Assembly (NCBI GenBank): GCA_951406725.2
Contig: OX597835.1
Location: 37,386,001 to 37,450,000 of the forward strand
DNA: 64,000 bases
Direction of reading: 5' to 3'
Source of the DNA: Octopus vulgaris
Taxonomy: Eukaryota
In this document: piece by piece, positions 53,274-64,000 of the stretch
Layout: the number at the start of each line of letters is the position of its first letter
How positions within the stretch are numbered: the stretch's first letter is position 1
The notes under the pieces: model-generated
Databases searched by the model: none
What the model was told of the DNA's origin: nothing
What the model saw: the letters and a program-made list of their open reading frames with translations, nothing else
Made by a program: the position numbers and the translations under genes

Positions 53274-53755
53274 AAATACCATAAGAGCACAGAAAGTGTG
53301 CCTAAAGCCAGCTGGAGACGATGATCTCCTGGGACTAAAAGCTACAGTAACACCCACCCTTAGTGGTTAGCCATATTGAGATGGTTAGTATACTTTACGT
53401 TGTCAAGCAGTTACTGTTTATACCTCGTTTAGAGATTTATTATTGCTTGCAGACAGTTTTTCGAAATCAGTGACGGAAGTTACTGGGAAAAACATTAAAT
53501 AAGTATTTGCAAACAGGTCTCCCTTCATCGAAAACCGGTGATTGCCGTACGGTGACAAGAGGCAAATACCTCGAAACTGCAGTCCGTGCGTATCACTTAG
53601 GTTTACGAGAGAGGGATGACCTCCCTTTGAAAATACCATAAGGCCACAGAAAGTGTGCCTAAAGCCAGCTGGAGACGATGATCTCCTGGGGCTAAAAACT
53701 ACAGTAACACCCACCCTTAGTGGTTAGCCATATTGAGATGGCTAGTATACTTTAC
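53274..53755 (+). mobile_element. retrozyme/PLE-like insertion: 357-bp monomer plus 125-bp partial repeat
   Basis: Direct repeats 53274-53398 and 53631-53755; hammerhead fold at 53538-53597. Confidence 0.7.
53538..53597 (+). ncRNA. type I hammerhead ribozyme fold with a mutated core
   Basis: gtgat-tgc-cgtacg-GTGACAA-gagg-caaata-cctc-GAAAC-tgca-GTC-cgtgcg-t-atcac; stems I and II pair and loop III is the palindrome TGCA; the core differs from CTGANGA at two positions. Confidence 0.65.
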
Positions 53756-54075
53756 AAATAATTCTGTTATTTTCAAAATCTTGTAGAATTTCAAAATTTC
53801 CTTATTGTTTCCAAAGCAGCCCCCAACCCCATCAGCAGTGGCGGTGTTCTACCATGTGACTGATAATCTATTCGGTTTCTTCTTGACCACTTCTTCCTCC
53901 CATAGTGAAGATATTTGATATGAGAGGAGAAAGTGAAAAGAACTTGGTGCTAAAGAAATGACCGATGTCGAAAATAAATGGTTTTGAAATGTGATGATGG
54001 TCTGTGGATAACAGGAAAGTTACATGAGAATTTAGGAATAACTCACAATTTTGAAAAATAACAGAACAGGTTGGG

Positions 54076-54762
54076 AGTGACAGAACATGTTGGAAATAAC
54101 ATGTAGCTTGGAGATTTATGACGGTGAAGATTTTGGAAATGAGAATACATTTTGGAAATTCGATGGTGCTTAAGAAACTAGGTAAGGATCTTTGGATAAC
54201 ATGGAGGCTTGGAAATTTTTAGGCTTCATGTTATTTTCAAAACATTCAGTTATTTTCAAAACAAGATGCTATTACCAAAATCTTGTTATTTCTTAATCTT
54301 TGTTATTCCTCCTTCAAACTCTAATCATTTCAAAAGCACCATTTTATTTCCAAAACCTTTCATATCCAAAAGTTTCACCATTGTATTCCCCAAGCACAAT
54401 GTTATTTTCAATTCACTTAGTGACAGAACATGTTGGAAATAACATGTAGCTTGGAGATTTATGATGGTGAAGATTTTGGAAATGAGAATACATTTTGGAA
54501 ATGAGAATACATTTTGGAAATTCGATGGTGCTTAAGAAACTAGGTAAGGATCTTTGGATAACATGGAGGCTTGGAAATTTTTAGGCTTCATGTTATTTTC
54601 AAAACATTCAGTTATTTTCAAAACAAGATGCTATTACCAAAATCTTGTTATTTCTTAATCTTTGTTATTCCTCCTTCAAACTCTAATCATTTCTAAAGCA
54701 CCATTTTATTTCCAAAACCTTTCATATCCAAAAGTTTTACCAATGTTATTTTCAATTCATTT
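54076..54762. repeat. 343-bp tandem duplication within the minisatellite domain
   Basis: agtgacagaacatgttggaaataac starts at 54076 and 54419; near-identical apart from small indels. Confidence 0.9.
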
Positions 54763-55184
54763 AGTTATTTTTCAAAATCTTATTGAATAAACATCAAACT
54801 TACACAAGAATTTAGGAATATCTCACAATTTTGGAAATAACAGAATGTATTGAAAATAACATGTGGCGTAGGAATTATGATGGTGAAGATTTTGGATATG
54901 AAAGGTTTTGGAAATAAAATGGTGCTTTAGAAATGATTAAGGTTTGAGAAATAACACAAAAAAAAATTTAGAAATAATGTGATTTTAGTAACAGCATATT
55001 GTTTCGGAAATAAGTGGAACATTACATTAATCATTTCAGATCTGCTTTTCCATACTTGCATTGGTCAGATGGAATTTTTTGAGGCAGATTTTTTTTGGCT
55101 GCATGTCCTTCCTGTCTCCAACCCTCACCTGTTTTCAGGTAAGGTAATATTTTCTCACGACCAAATATGTTTTCTCAAATATGT

Positions 55185-55414
55185 TTTCTTTACTACCCAC
55201 AAGGGGCTAAGCACAGAGAGGACAAAGAAGGACAGACAAACGGATTAAGTCGATTATATCGACCTCAGTGCATAACTGGTACTTATTTAATTGACCCCGA
55301 AAGGATGAAAGGCAAAGTCGACCTCGGCGGAATTTGAACTCAGAACGTAACGGCAGACGAAATACGGCTACGCATTTCGCCCGGCATGCTAACGTTTCTG
55401 CCAGCTCGCCACCT
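55185..55414 (-). mobile_element. SINE family B nested in a degenerate RTE-tail/SINE A copy
   Basis: Full reverse copy; atgttttct on both flanks. Confidence 0.85.
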
Positions 55415-56401
55415 TTATGTTTTCTCAAAATATTGGAAACAAGGGACACAACTTGCATGATGGTGATGTTTACTTTAAACTGTTATACAGTATCAAGGCA
55501 AAGAGACAGTAACACACACACACACTAACATAAGTCTTCTTTCAGATTCCATCCACTAAATCGATTCACAAGGTTTCGGTCGGCCTGGAGCTACGACTAA
55601 AGACACTTGCCCAAGATACCATGCTGTGGGACCAAACTCAGAATCATGTAGTTAAAAAGCATACTTCTTAACCAGACAGCCATACCTATGTCTTAAAAAT
55701 AAAGTTATGAAAATAACTCGGAAAATACCAATATGAAGAAAGTTAGGAACTGCTACCACATTTTGGAAATGTTACAAGATTTTTGTAGATGAGATAACAC
55801 TACTGATGTCTTGCAAACAACTTGCACATGCAAGTGCTACCGTATACCAGAAGCCAGCAAGTGTATGGGGTCATCAGGAGAGAATGCGCACCGTTTCGGG
55901 GCCTACCTCTCGACGGCATCAATGCGCACCGGCCCTCCTCAGCTGGTTATGAAGTTCAACTCAATATCCTTCTAGCCATCGCTCATCGTCTCTTTTTAAC
56001 CAAATCCAGTGGCCAGCCTTAATGACATTGGTAGATACTTGTAAAATATTAAAAAGCTTTGGGAAAGAACCAAAGACAGATCATCCTCTCATCTCATCCT
56101 CATTGGCCAATCATTCCTGAGGGTGCAGTCGTGAAGGCAGGGTCCTCAGGCATGCCTTCTCATGTTCTGTTAGAAGCTACTGGATTCCTAAATGAGACCA
56201 ACTAAGATCATGGATGTTATCCAACCGTTTTGCTTGTGGTCTGTTCTTCAGTCTCCCGTTGGTCAGTTGGTTTTGCCCATAAAACCTGTCCAGTGATTCT
56301 TTTATGACCCATTCTCCATCAGTTTTGAGACTGAACACTCTATTCTTTGACTGAATGAATCTCCTACTTATTATAGTAGCAAGTGGCTGAGTATTCCAAA
56401 C

Positions 56402-56730
56402 CATGGCTCAGGGGTTAGAGCATCGGGCTCACAATCATGAGGTAGTGAGTTCAATTCCCTGACCAGGCTGTGTTGTGTTCTTGACCAAGATACTTTATTT
56501 CACATTGCTCCAGTTCACTCAGCTGTAGAAATGAGTTGCAACATCACAGGTGCCAAGCTGTATCGGCCTTTGCCTTTCCCTTGGATAATATCAGTGGTGT
56601 GTAGAGGGGAGGCTGGTATGCTTGGGCAACTGCTGGCCTTCCACAAGCAATCTTGTCCGGACCTGTACCTCGGAAGGTAACTTTCTAGGTGCAATCTCAT
56701 GGTCATTCATGACGGAAGGGGGTCTTTACC
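56402..56730 (+). mobile_element. SINE family C
   Basis: Full copy; attccaaacca duplicated at ~56393 and ~56731 (TSD-like). Confidence 0.85.
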
Positions 56731-56992
56731 ATTCCAAACCACCACAAACCACAAAATTCAGTCCTTGTTGCTGTGCGCAGGCATGTAGGCCTCAATGACC
56801 CTCAGGGCAATATCAGCAAAGTGAAAACTTCTGACAAGGTTTTCCATACTGGACAGGTCAAAGGGTAGAGGCCAAACTAATATGGAGCCCCTCTTTCCAG
56901 AAGTAAAAATGGGTTTATGTCGGGCTAAGAACCCAATCTAGAATGAAAGCTAAGTTACAGGAAGTTACAGATGATGATATATATATATATAT

Positions 56993-57302
56993 CACATGAT
57001 CACAGGACTGACCAGGCTATCAGATGTTGCTACACATCGCTGGTTACAATGCACTTTGCATTGTTTTAGCCTTCAAATGACACCACCCCGCTGACTAAGC
57101 GAGCAGGCCAACAGAAGAAAGAGTGAGAGAAAGTTGTGGTGAAAGAGTACAGCAGGGATCGCCACCACCCCCTGCCAGAGCCTCATGGAGCTTTAGGTGT
57201 TTTCGCTCAATAAACTCTCACAACGCCCGGTCTGGGAATCAAAACCTTGATCCTACGACTGCAAGTCTCCTACCCTAACCACTGGGCCGTTGTGCCTCCA
57301 CA
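56993..57302 (-). mobile_element. SINE family E
   Basis: Reverse complement of 43550-43888. Confidence 0.85.
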
Positions 57303-57313
57303 CACACACACAT

Positions 57314-57365
<52 letters not shown>

Positions 57366-58195
57366 AGAGAAAAAGAAAGACAGAGATTCAACAGGCTTCT
57401 TTCAGTTCCTCACTGCCAAACCTTCTCACAAGGCCTTGGTCTGCTCAAGGCTATAGTAGAAGACACTTGTCCAAGGTGTCACACAATGGGACTGAACCCT
57501 AAACCATGTGGCTGGGAAGCAAACTTCTTACCACACAGCCATGCCTGTGCCTTGCATATTCATTCTTAGTATATTATGGCTGATTTGAACATGATTATGC
57601 TAATCACTGTTGTGGTTCATCACAGAAAAGATTCTCCTTTACAAATTTAAAAGTAACTCAAAGTTTAGGAAATATCTTGGAGCTTTGGAAATGGTATGGC
57701 ATGATGATCTGTGGATAACATGAGAATTTAGAAATAACATACGGTTTTGCAATTAACGTGAGTCTTTGAAAAAATTCCTAGTCGTTACTTTGCAAATGAC
57801 CGGAGGTTTTGAAAATAATTTGGTTCTCTAAAAATATCTTGGTGGTTTGAGTCTTTAAGAAATAACACGAAAAATTTTTGGATGTAACGTAAAATTTTTG
57901 GTATAACAATGCTTTTGGAAATAAGATGATGTTCCGAAGACTTTGAAGATAACTCAGTGCTTTGGAAATATCAACAAAATGAGCTGTAAATAATAACATG
58001 ATGGAAGCTTTGGATAGATTTCAGTGCTTCCAGGAATGGAAAAATAAAAATGAACATAAAAATAAGAAACAAAATAAAATTTAATAAGAACAACTTGAGA
58101 CGCTGTAAATAACATGAGATTCTGTAGATAAGAGAAATCTTTTGTAAATAACACGAAAAGTCTGAGAATAAACCTTGGAATGACTTGATAACATC

Positions 58196-58790
58196 ATCTC
58201 TCTCTCTCTCTCTCTCTCTCACTCTCATCTGCTCTGGCTTTCTCTGTCTTTCTCTCTCTGTTTTATCTCTTTGTCTCTCTCTCCCTACTTTCTCTCGCTC
58301 TCAACCTCTCTCACTATCTCTCGTTTTCACTTTCTGTCTCTTTTGTCCTGTGTCTCCCTCCTACTTCATCTCCCCCTTTCTCTCCCTCTTTCTCTGTATC
58401 CCTCTTATCTGTCTGATCGTCTCTCTCTCTATCTCTCTCTTCCCTTTTCTCTGTTGCTCCCTCTCTCTCCTCCTCTCTCTGTCTCTCTGTGTACCTGCTT
58501 CTCTCTTTCTCTCCTCCTACTCCTCTCCCAACTCATCTCCCCCCTTTTCTGTTTCCCTCTTTTATCTGTCTGATTGTCTATCTCTCTCTCTTCCCTTTTC
58601 TCTGTTGCTCCCTCTCTCTCTCTCTGTCTCTCTCTGTACCTGCCCCTCTCTTTCTCTCTCCCACTTATTTTCTCTTTGTCCATCCATTTCTTCCTCTCTC
58701 TCCCCCCTCTTCTCACCCATGTCCCACATTTTCTTCCGCCACTGTCGTCTCTCTCTCATCTCTATCTCATCTCTCTCTCTCTCTCCCTCC
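58196..58790. repeat. (CT)n-rich low-complexity tract with internal duplication
   Basis: ttatctgtctgat..cccttttctctgttgctccctctctc occurs twice (~58405 and ~58562). Confidence 0.85.
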
Positions 58791-59229
58791 TGTGACCCCT
58801 CAAGCTATTTCAGTAAGTTAATCCAAAGGACCCTGTCCATATAAGATACCTGTCCTCCATTCATGGCTACACTTGATGGGGAAATTGAAATTCTACGAGA
58901 GCACAAGAGCATCAAGATTTCGCCAGAAGGTGGAAACAAGTTGAGTTGAACATGAACAGCAAAAAGAAAAAAAAAAAAATGAACAAAACAAAAAGGGAAA
59001 AGAAACAAGAAAAAAAGCAGAAAAATAACAAAAATATAAACGGCATAAAAATCCTCAAAATGATTTAGGCAAAAGGTTGGATATTGAAAATAAAATAAAA
59101 ATAAAAATAAAGAAAAAAGTTTGTTGGTTGATAGAGCATCCATGTGCATGTGTGTGTGTGTGTGTGTGTCTATGCTTGTGTGTGTGTGTGTGTGTGTGTG
59201 TGTATGCTTGTGTGTGTGTCTATGCTTGT

Positions 59230-59710
59230 GTGTGACTGTATGTATATAGGCATGTGTGGTTGTGTTCAATGTGTGTGACTATTCTTTGCGTGTATATGTT
59301 AGTGTGTGTGTGTATGACTGTGTTAGTGTTGTGTATATGTCAGAGCATGTGTGCGTGTGTGTATTTATGAGTGTGTATATGTGTGTATTTATGAGTGTGT
59401 GTGTGTGGCTGTGCTATTGTATGTGTATATGCATGTGTGGTTGTGTTCATGTGTGTGTGACTTTATTCTTTGCGTGTATATGTTAGTGTGTGAGTGTGTG
59501 TGTGTGTGTGTATGACTGTATTAATGTTGTGTATGTATGTGTCAGAGCATGTGTGTGTATGTGCATTTATGAGTATGTGTGCGTGTGTGTGACTGCTATT
59601 GTATGTATATATGCATGTATGGTTGTGTTCATGTGTGTGCTTTTATTCTTTGTATGTGTATGCGTATGAGCACATTAGTGTTGTGTAAGCTTGTGTCAGA
59701 GCATGTGCAT
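59230..59710. repeat. three degenerate ~185-bp (TG)-rich tandem units
   Basis: gcatgtgtggttgtgttca..tattctttg..gtcagagcatgtg recurs three times. Confidence 0.7.
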
Positions 59711-59728
59711 GGAGGTGTGTGTATATGT

Positions 59729-59766
<38 letters not shown>

Positions 59767-61772
59767 ATACGTTCATGTGTCTCTGACTATTATATGTGTA
59801 TGTTAGAGTAGATGTGTATGTATGAGTGCAAGAGTGTATGTATGAATATGTTTGTGTGTGTGTGTGTGTAAGTGTATTTGTATTAATGAGATGAATGTAT
59901 GTGCATGTGTGTGTATATGCAGCTGTGTTTTTCTGCATGTGAGTGTGACTATATTATTGTTTGTGTATGTTAGTGCAGGTGTGTATGTATGAGTGTATTA
60001 GTGTGTGCATGCATTGATATGTGCATGTGTGTGTGTGTCCATACATGCTAGATTATGTATGTATGTGTGTGTATGTATGTATGTACGTGTGATTCTGTAT
60101 ATGACTGGATTATTGTATGTGTGTGCATGTGTCTGTGTGTGTGTGTGCATGATGTGTTAGTGCGTCGATATATTTAGCATGCATGTGTATATGTATATAT
60201 GTACATATATGTGTCTGAGTTAATATGCGTATATATGTATATATATGTGTGCATATGTGTACATGACATGTATGTGTATATATGTGTATATGTATGTGTA
60301 TATATGTGTAAATATGTGTGCATATGTGTATAGATGAATATGTTTATATGTATATATATACACATATATACATGTATATATATATATATATACATGTGTA
60401 TATGTGTGTGCATGTGTATATATGTGTGTACAAATGCACAAAGAAGGAAAGCAAGAAAGTGAGAGAGAGAAAGAGAGAGAGAGAGTTAGCACAAGTTAGA
60501 ACACACACACACACACAGAAGACCTACACACACACACACACAATGTGCTGATGTAGCGATGCACTGTGTCGTACGGGCAATGTATTGGTGCAGTAATGCG
60601 CCGATGTGCAGCCAGTGTGTTGCAACTTGCCTGCAGTCAGTAATAAAACTAAATTATTAAACATCTATGGTAACATGCATTATAGGGTGCACATGTGCAG
60701 GCATTGGAACTAATCTATCTGCACCCACCACTCCAGCCCCACCACCACCACCACCGCAACTACTGGCTCCACCATGGCCACCACCACTGTGCTACTGTCT
60801 CACTATATTCTTCTACTACACCTTCTTCTTCATTGTTGCTGTTGTTGATGATGATGATGATTGTGATGCTGTACCATTTTCTTCTTCGTTATCCTCTTCA
60901 TCTCATTTTCTTCTTCTTCTTCATGTATTTCGAACTCATCATCAACGCCACCATCATTACCACATCTCCTCCTCCTCCGCCTCATCATCCTTCTTATTCT
61001 CCTTCTTCTTCATCTTCATTTTCATCATTATCATCATCACTTCGTTGCCGATGTTGTTGATCACTTTCTTCTTCATCTTAATCACCATCACTCTTCTTCT
61101 TCTTCCTTTTCATCATCACTCTTCATTTTCTTCCTTTTCTTTTTTACCTTCATCATTACTCTTCTCCTTTATTTTCTTCTTTCTTTTCTTCATAATCACT
61201 TCATTTTCTTCCTTTTCTTCATCATCACTCTTCTTCATTTTCTTCCTTTTCTTCTTTACCTTCATCATTACTCTTCCTTTTCATTTTCTTCCTTTTCTTC
61301 ATCACCACTCTTCATTTCTTCCTTTTCTTCTTTATCTTCATCATCATCACTTCTTCCTCCTTTTCTTTTCTTCATCATCACTCTTCATCTTCATCACTCT
61401 TCTTCCTTTTCTTCTTCCCACACACCCAAAATTACACCCCCTCCCCCAACTTTCCTGAAACTTGATCACAATATGAAGAAGTTACAAGGGAAAAACAAAA
61501 ATGCAAACACATCATTCACACACATGCATGAATGCACTTGCAAATTTCCACCCACATACAAACATATGCACACTCAAACTCACACAAACATATCATGGAA
61601 TGCTTATTCACACATACACACAAATACATGCATACATTCTATTTATTACACACACACACTTGCACATGTAGGCATGAAACATGTGAACAAACAACTGCAA
61701 ATGCATGCATACATGCATAAAATGTACAGGCAGTTTGTTTACACAAATACTGCTATATGTATACAAAATTAC

Positions 61773-61835
<63 letters not shown>

Positions 61836-61845
61836 TATATGTGTG

Positions 61846-61920
<75 letters not shown>

Positions 61921-61989
61921 ATATATATATATGAATGTGTGTATGTATATATATATGAATATATGTATATATATATATATATATATGAA

Positions 61990-62029
<40 letters not shown>

Positions 62030-62395
62030 TATATGTATATGTATATATATGAATATATGTATATGTATGTATATGTATATATATATGTATGTATATGTAT
62101 ACATATATATATGTATGTATATATATATGTATGTATATATATATGTATGTATATATATGTACATATATGTATATGTATGTACATATATGTATGTATGTAT
62201 ATGTATATATATGTATATATATACATATGTATGTGTATATATATATGTATGTATATGTATATATATATATGTATATATATAAGTATATATGTATATTTAT
62301 ATAAGTATATATGTATGTGTATATATATGTATGTATATATATATAAGTATATATGTATGTGTATATAAGTATATATGTATGTGTATATATGTATG

Positions 62396-62427
<32 letters not shown>

Positions 62428-62950
62428 TGTATGTATATATGTGGGTATATATGCATGATGACGATGATGATATATAGATGTATACTCATATACATATACA
62501 CCTACAAATGTATGTTTGTATCTCTCTCTGTCTGTCTATTTACCTATCTATTTATCAATCTATCTCTGTAGCTGTCTATCTCTATGTCTCTCTGTCTGTC
62601 TATCCACATATGTATGTAGACATATAAACACACAAGTATGTGTGTGTTCGTATGCATAAGTATGTGTGTGTCTGCATGTGTGAGTGAGAGAGAGAGAGTT
62701 TGTGTGCATGCATGCGTGTGTTAGGTAAACAAAGGTAATATACCCTGAACCCACGGTGTCACTCAATCAGCCCTTCAGTTGTCTGTACACATCAATGGTT
62801 TGGAAAGGAACAGAATGGAATGGAACTCCTCCATCTTTCCAATCTGCTGATTCCAGTTTGCTGATGTGTAATACATGTCCAAAGGGCCAATGACTCAATG
62901 AAATCATGTTCTGGGTATGTAACCAGTCCCTGGACCTCCCCCTCCATCTT

Positions 62951-63002
<52 letters not shown>

Positions 63003-63283
63003 CACCATTGTTTTAACATCCGCTTTTCTGTGCTTGCACGTGTTTTGTTCAGAATTTGTTGAGGTAGATTTTCTACGGCTGGGTGCCCTTCCTGTTGCCA
63101 ACACTTCTCTTGTTTCTCACTGTGGTAATATTTCCCCAAAGTGAGACGTGTTTCTCTGGAAGATCGGAAATGAAGGACACCACTTATATGAAAGAGAGGC
63201 TCCTTTACATGCAGCAAACAAAGTCAAGGCAAAGAGACAGTAACGCACATCCATCCGTCCCTGTATATTTATTTATATGTATG

Positions 63284-63324
<41 letters not shown>

Positions 63325-63426
63325 GTATATATATATATATATGAATAAACCATTATAATCATGTTATAAACATCTTTGTAACAATGTTATGCACACCACT
63401 GCAATAGTGTTATATATATATATACT

Positions 63427-63613
63427 GCCATGATAGATCGTTAGCCACTACACAAATTTGTTTTCTCTCCTTGCTTTTTTCTGTGTCCCTTTCTGTAGAA
63501 GAGCGTAGGCTCGAAACATAAAAGACTTTTTCTATTCCTGAGCATTATACTAATACATCTGTTTGTTTTGTACACCACCTGTCTTCGTCTTTTATTTTTT
63601 TCGTAAACTCTCC
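63427..63613 (+). mobile_element. PLE-pLTR-like unit with minimal hammerhead motif
   Basis: ctgtagaagagcgtaggctcgaaacata at 63493-63520; same family as 49610-50065. Confidence 0.7.
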
Positions 63614-63667
<54 letters not shown>

Positions 63668-63689
63668 GTATAAATTAATAAAAACAGCT

Positions 63690-64000
63690 ATTTTATTGTC
63701 TCACTTGGGTTTCAGTTGCATAAGATCTTGATTGTGTCGAGAATGATGAAAACTTTTTGAAAACTTTGCATAGGCCTCTGAGGTGCTATCACCAAGCTTT
63801 TGGCAAAATTCATTGCAGATTCTCTGCATATCTTTCTCTGCCATGATCACACACTACACACCTTCCTTCCAAGCACTGCTGTAAACAGCGGAAGAGAGCT
63901 AGAATGTTAAAACTTGGTGCACATGCACAGCAGAGTTCAGGGTCAATCTCTGCCTAGCGGCTTCACTCGGCATGCTTCAGCTTTGTTACTATAGCAATAG
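63690..64000 (-). mobile_element. mariner 5' fragment
   Basis: Minus-strand MQRICNEFCQKLGDSTSEAYAKF (~63760-63832) resembles the EQRxCIKFCxKLG mariner N-terminus. Confidence 0.6.

Larger units (their letters stand above)
45640..58195 (+). repeat. interrupted degenerate minisatellite domain, 19-21-bp period, core TTTGGAAATAACA
   Basis: Blocks at ~45640-45830, 47650-48815, 50465-50500, 50910-51090, 53075-53270, 53900-55020, 55690-55810 and 57660-58195. Confidence 0.8.

Noticed and set aside
60667-61458. 263-aa Pro/Phe/Ser-rich ORF (similarly 58185-58844 and 45233-45643)
   Set aside because: Composed of CCA, TCA and TTC/CT low-complexity repeats with no recognisable domain

Overview
This is AT-rich, microsatellite-dense eukaryotic genomic DNA, intergenic or deep intronic. 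The SINE families and (TA)n/(CA)n/(GATA)n load resemble an octopus (coleoid cephalopod) genome; this is pattern recognition, not a database match. No host protein-coding exon, rRNA, genuine tRNA gene or CRISPR array is supported, and most ORFs in the track are translated microsatellites. The window is a transposon graveyard: at least five tRNA-headed SINE families, RTE LINE 3' ends, R4/Dong-like and Penelope-like (PLE) RT remnants, Tx1/L1-clade ORF1 and ORF2 pieces, mariner/Tc1 remnants, piggyBac-like MITEs and Helitron/Helentron-like elements. Five structures stand out. (1) Young Tx1-like LINE copies sit in a (GATA)n array; one forms a 430-bp-arm fold-back, both are truncated at the same spot, and their 3' tail is shared with a SINE. 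(2) A 357-bp hammerhead-containing monomer plus a 125-bp partial repeat looks like a non-LTR retrozyme insertion. (3) Several PLE-type minimal hammerheads and perfect fold-back palindromes are present. (4) A ~12-kb domain carries a degenerate 19-21-bp array with a conserved TTTGGAAATAACA core and variable spacers. (5) The RTE 3' UTR contains a copy-number-variable structured ~65-bp tandem array.
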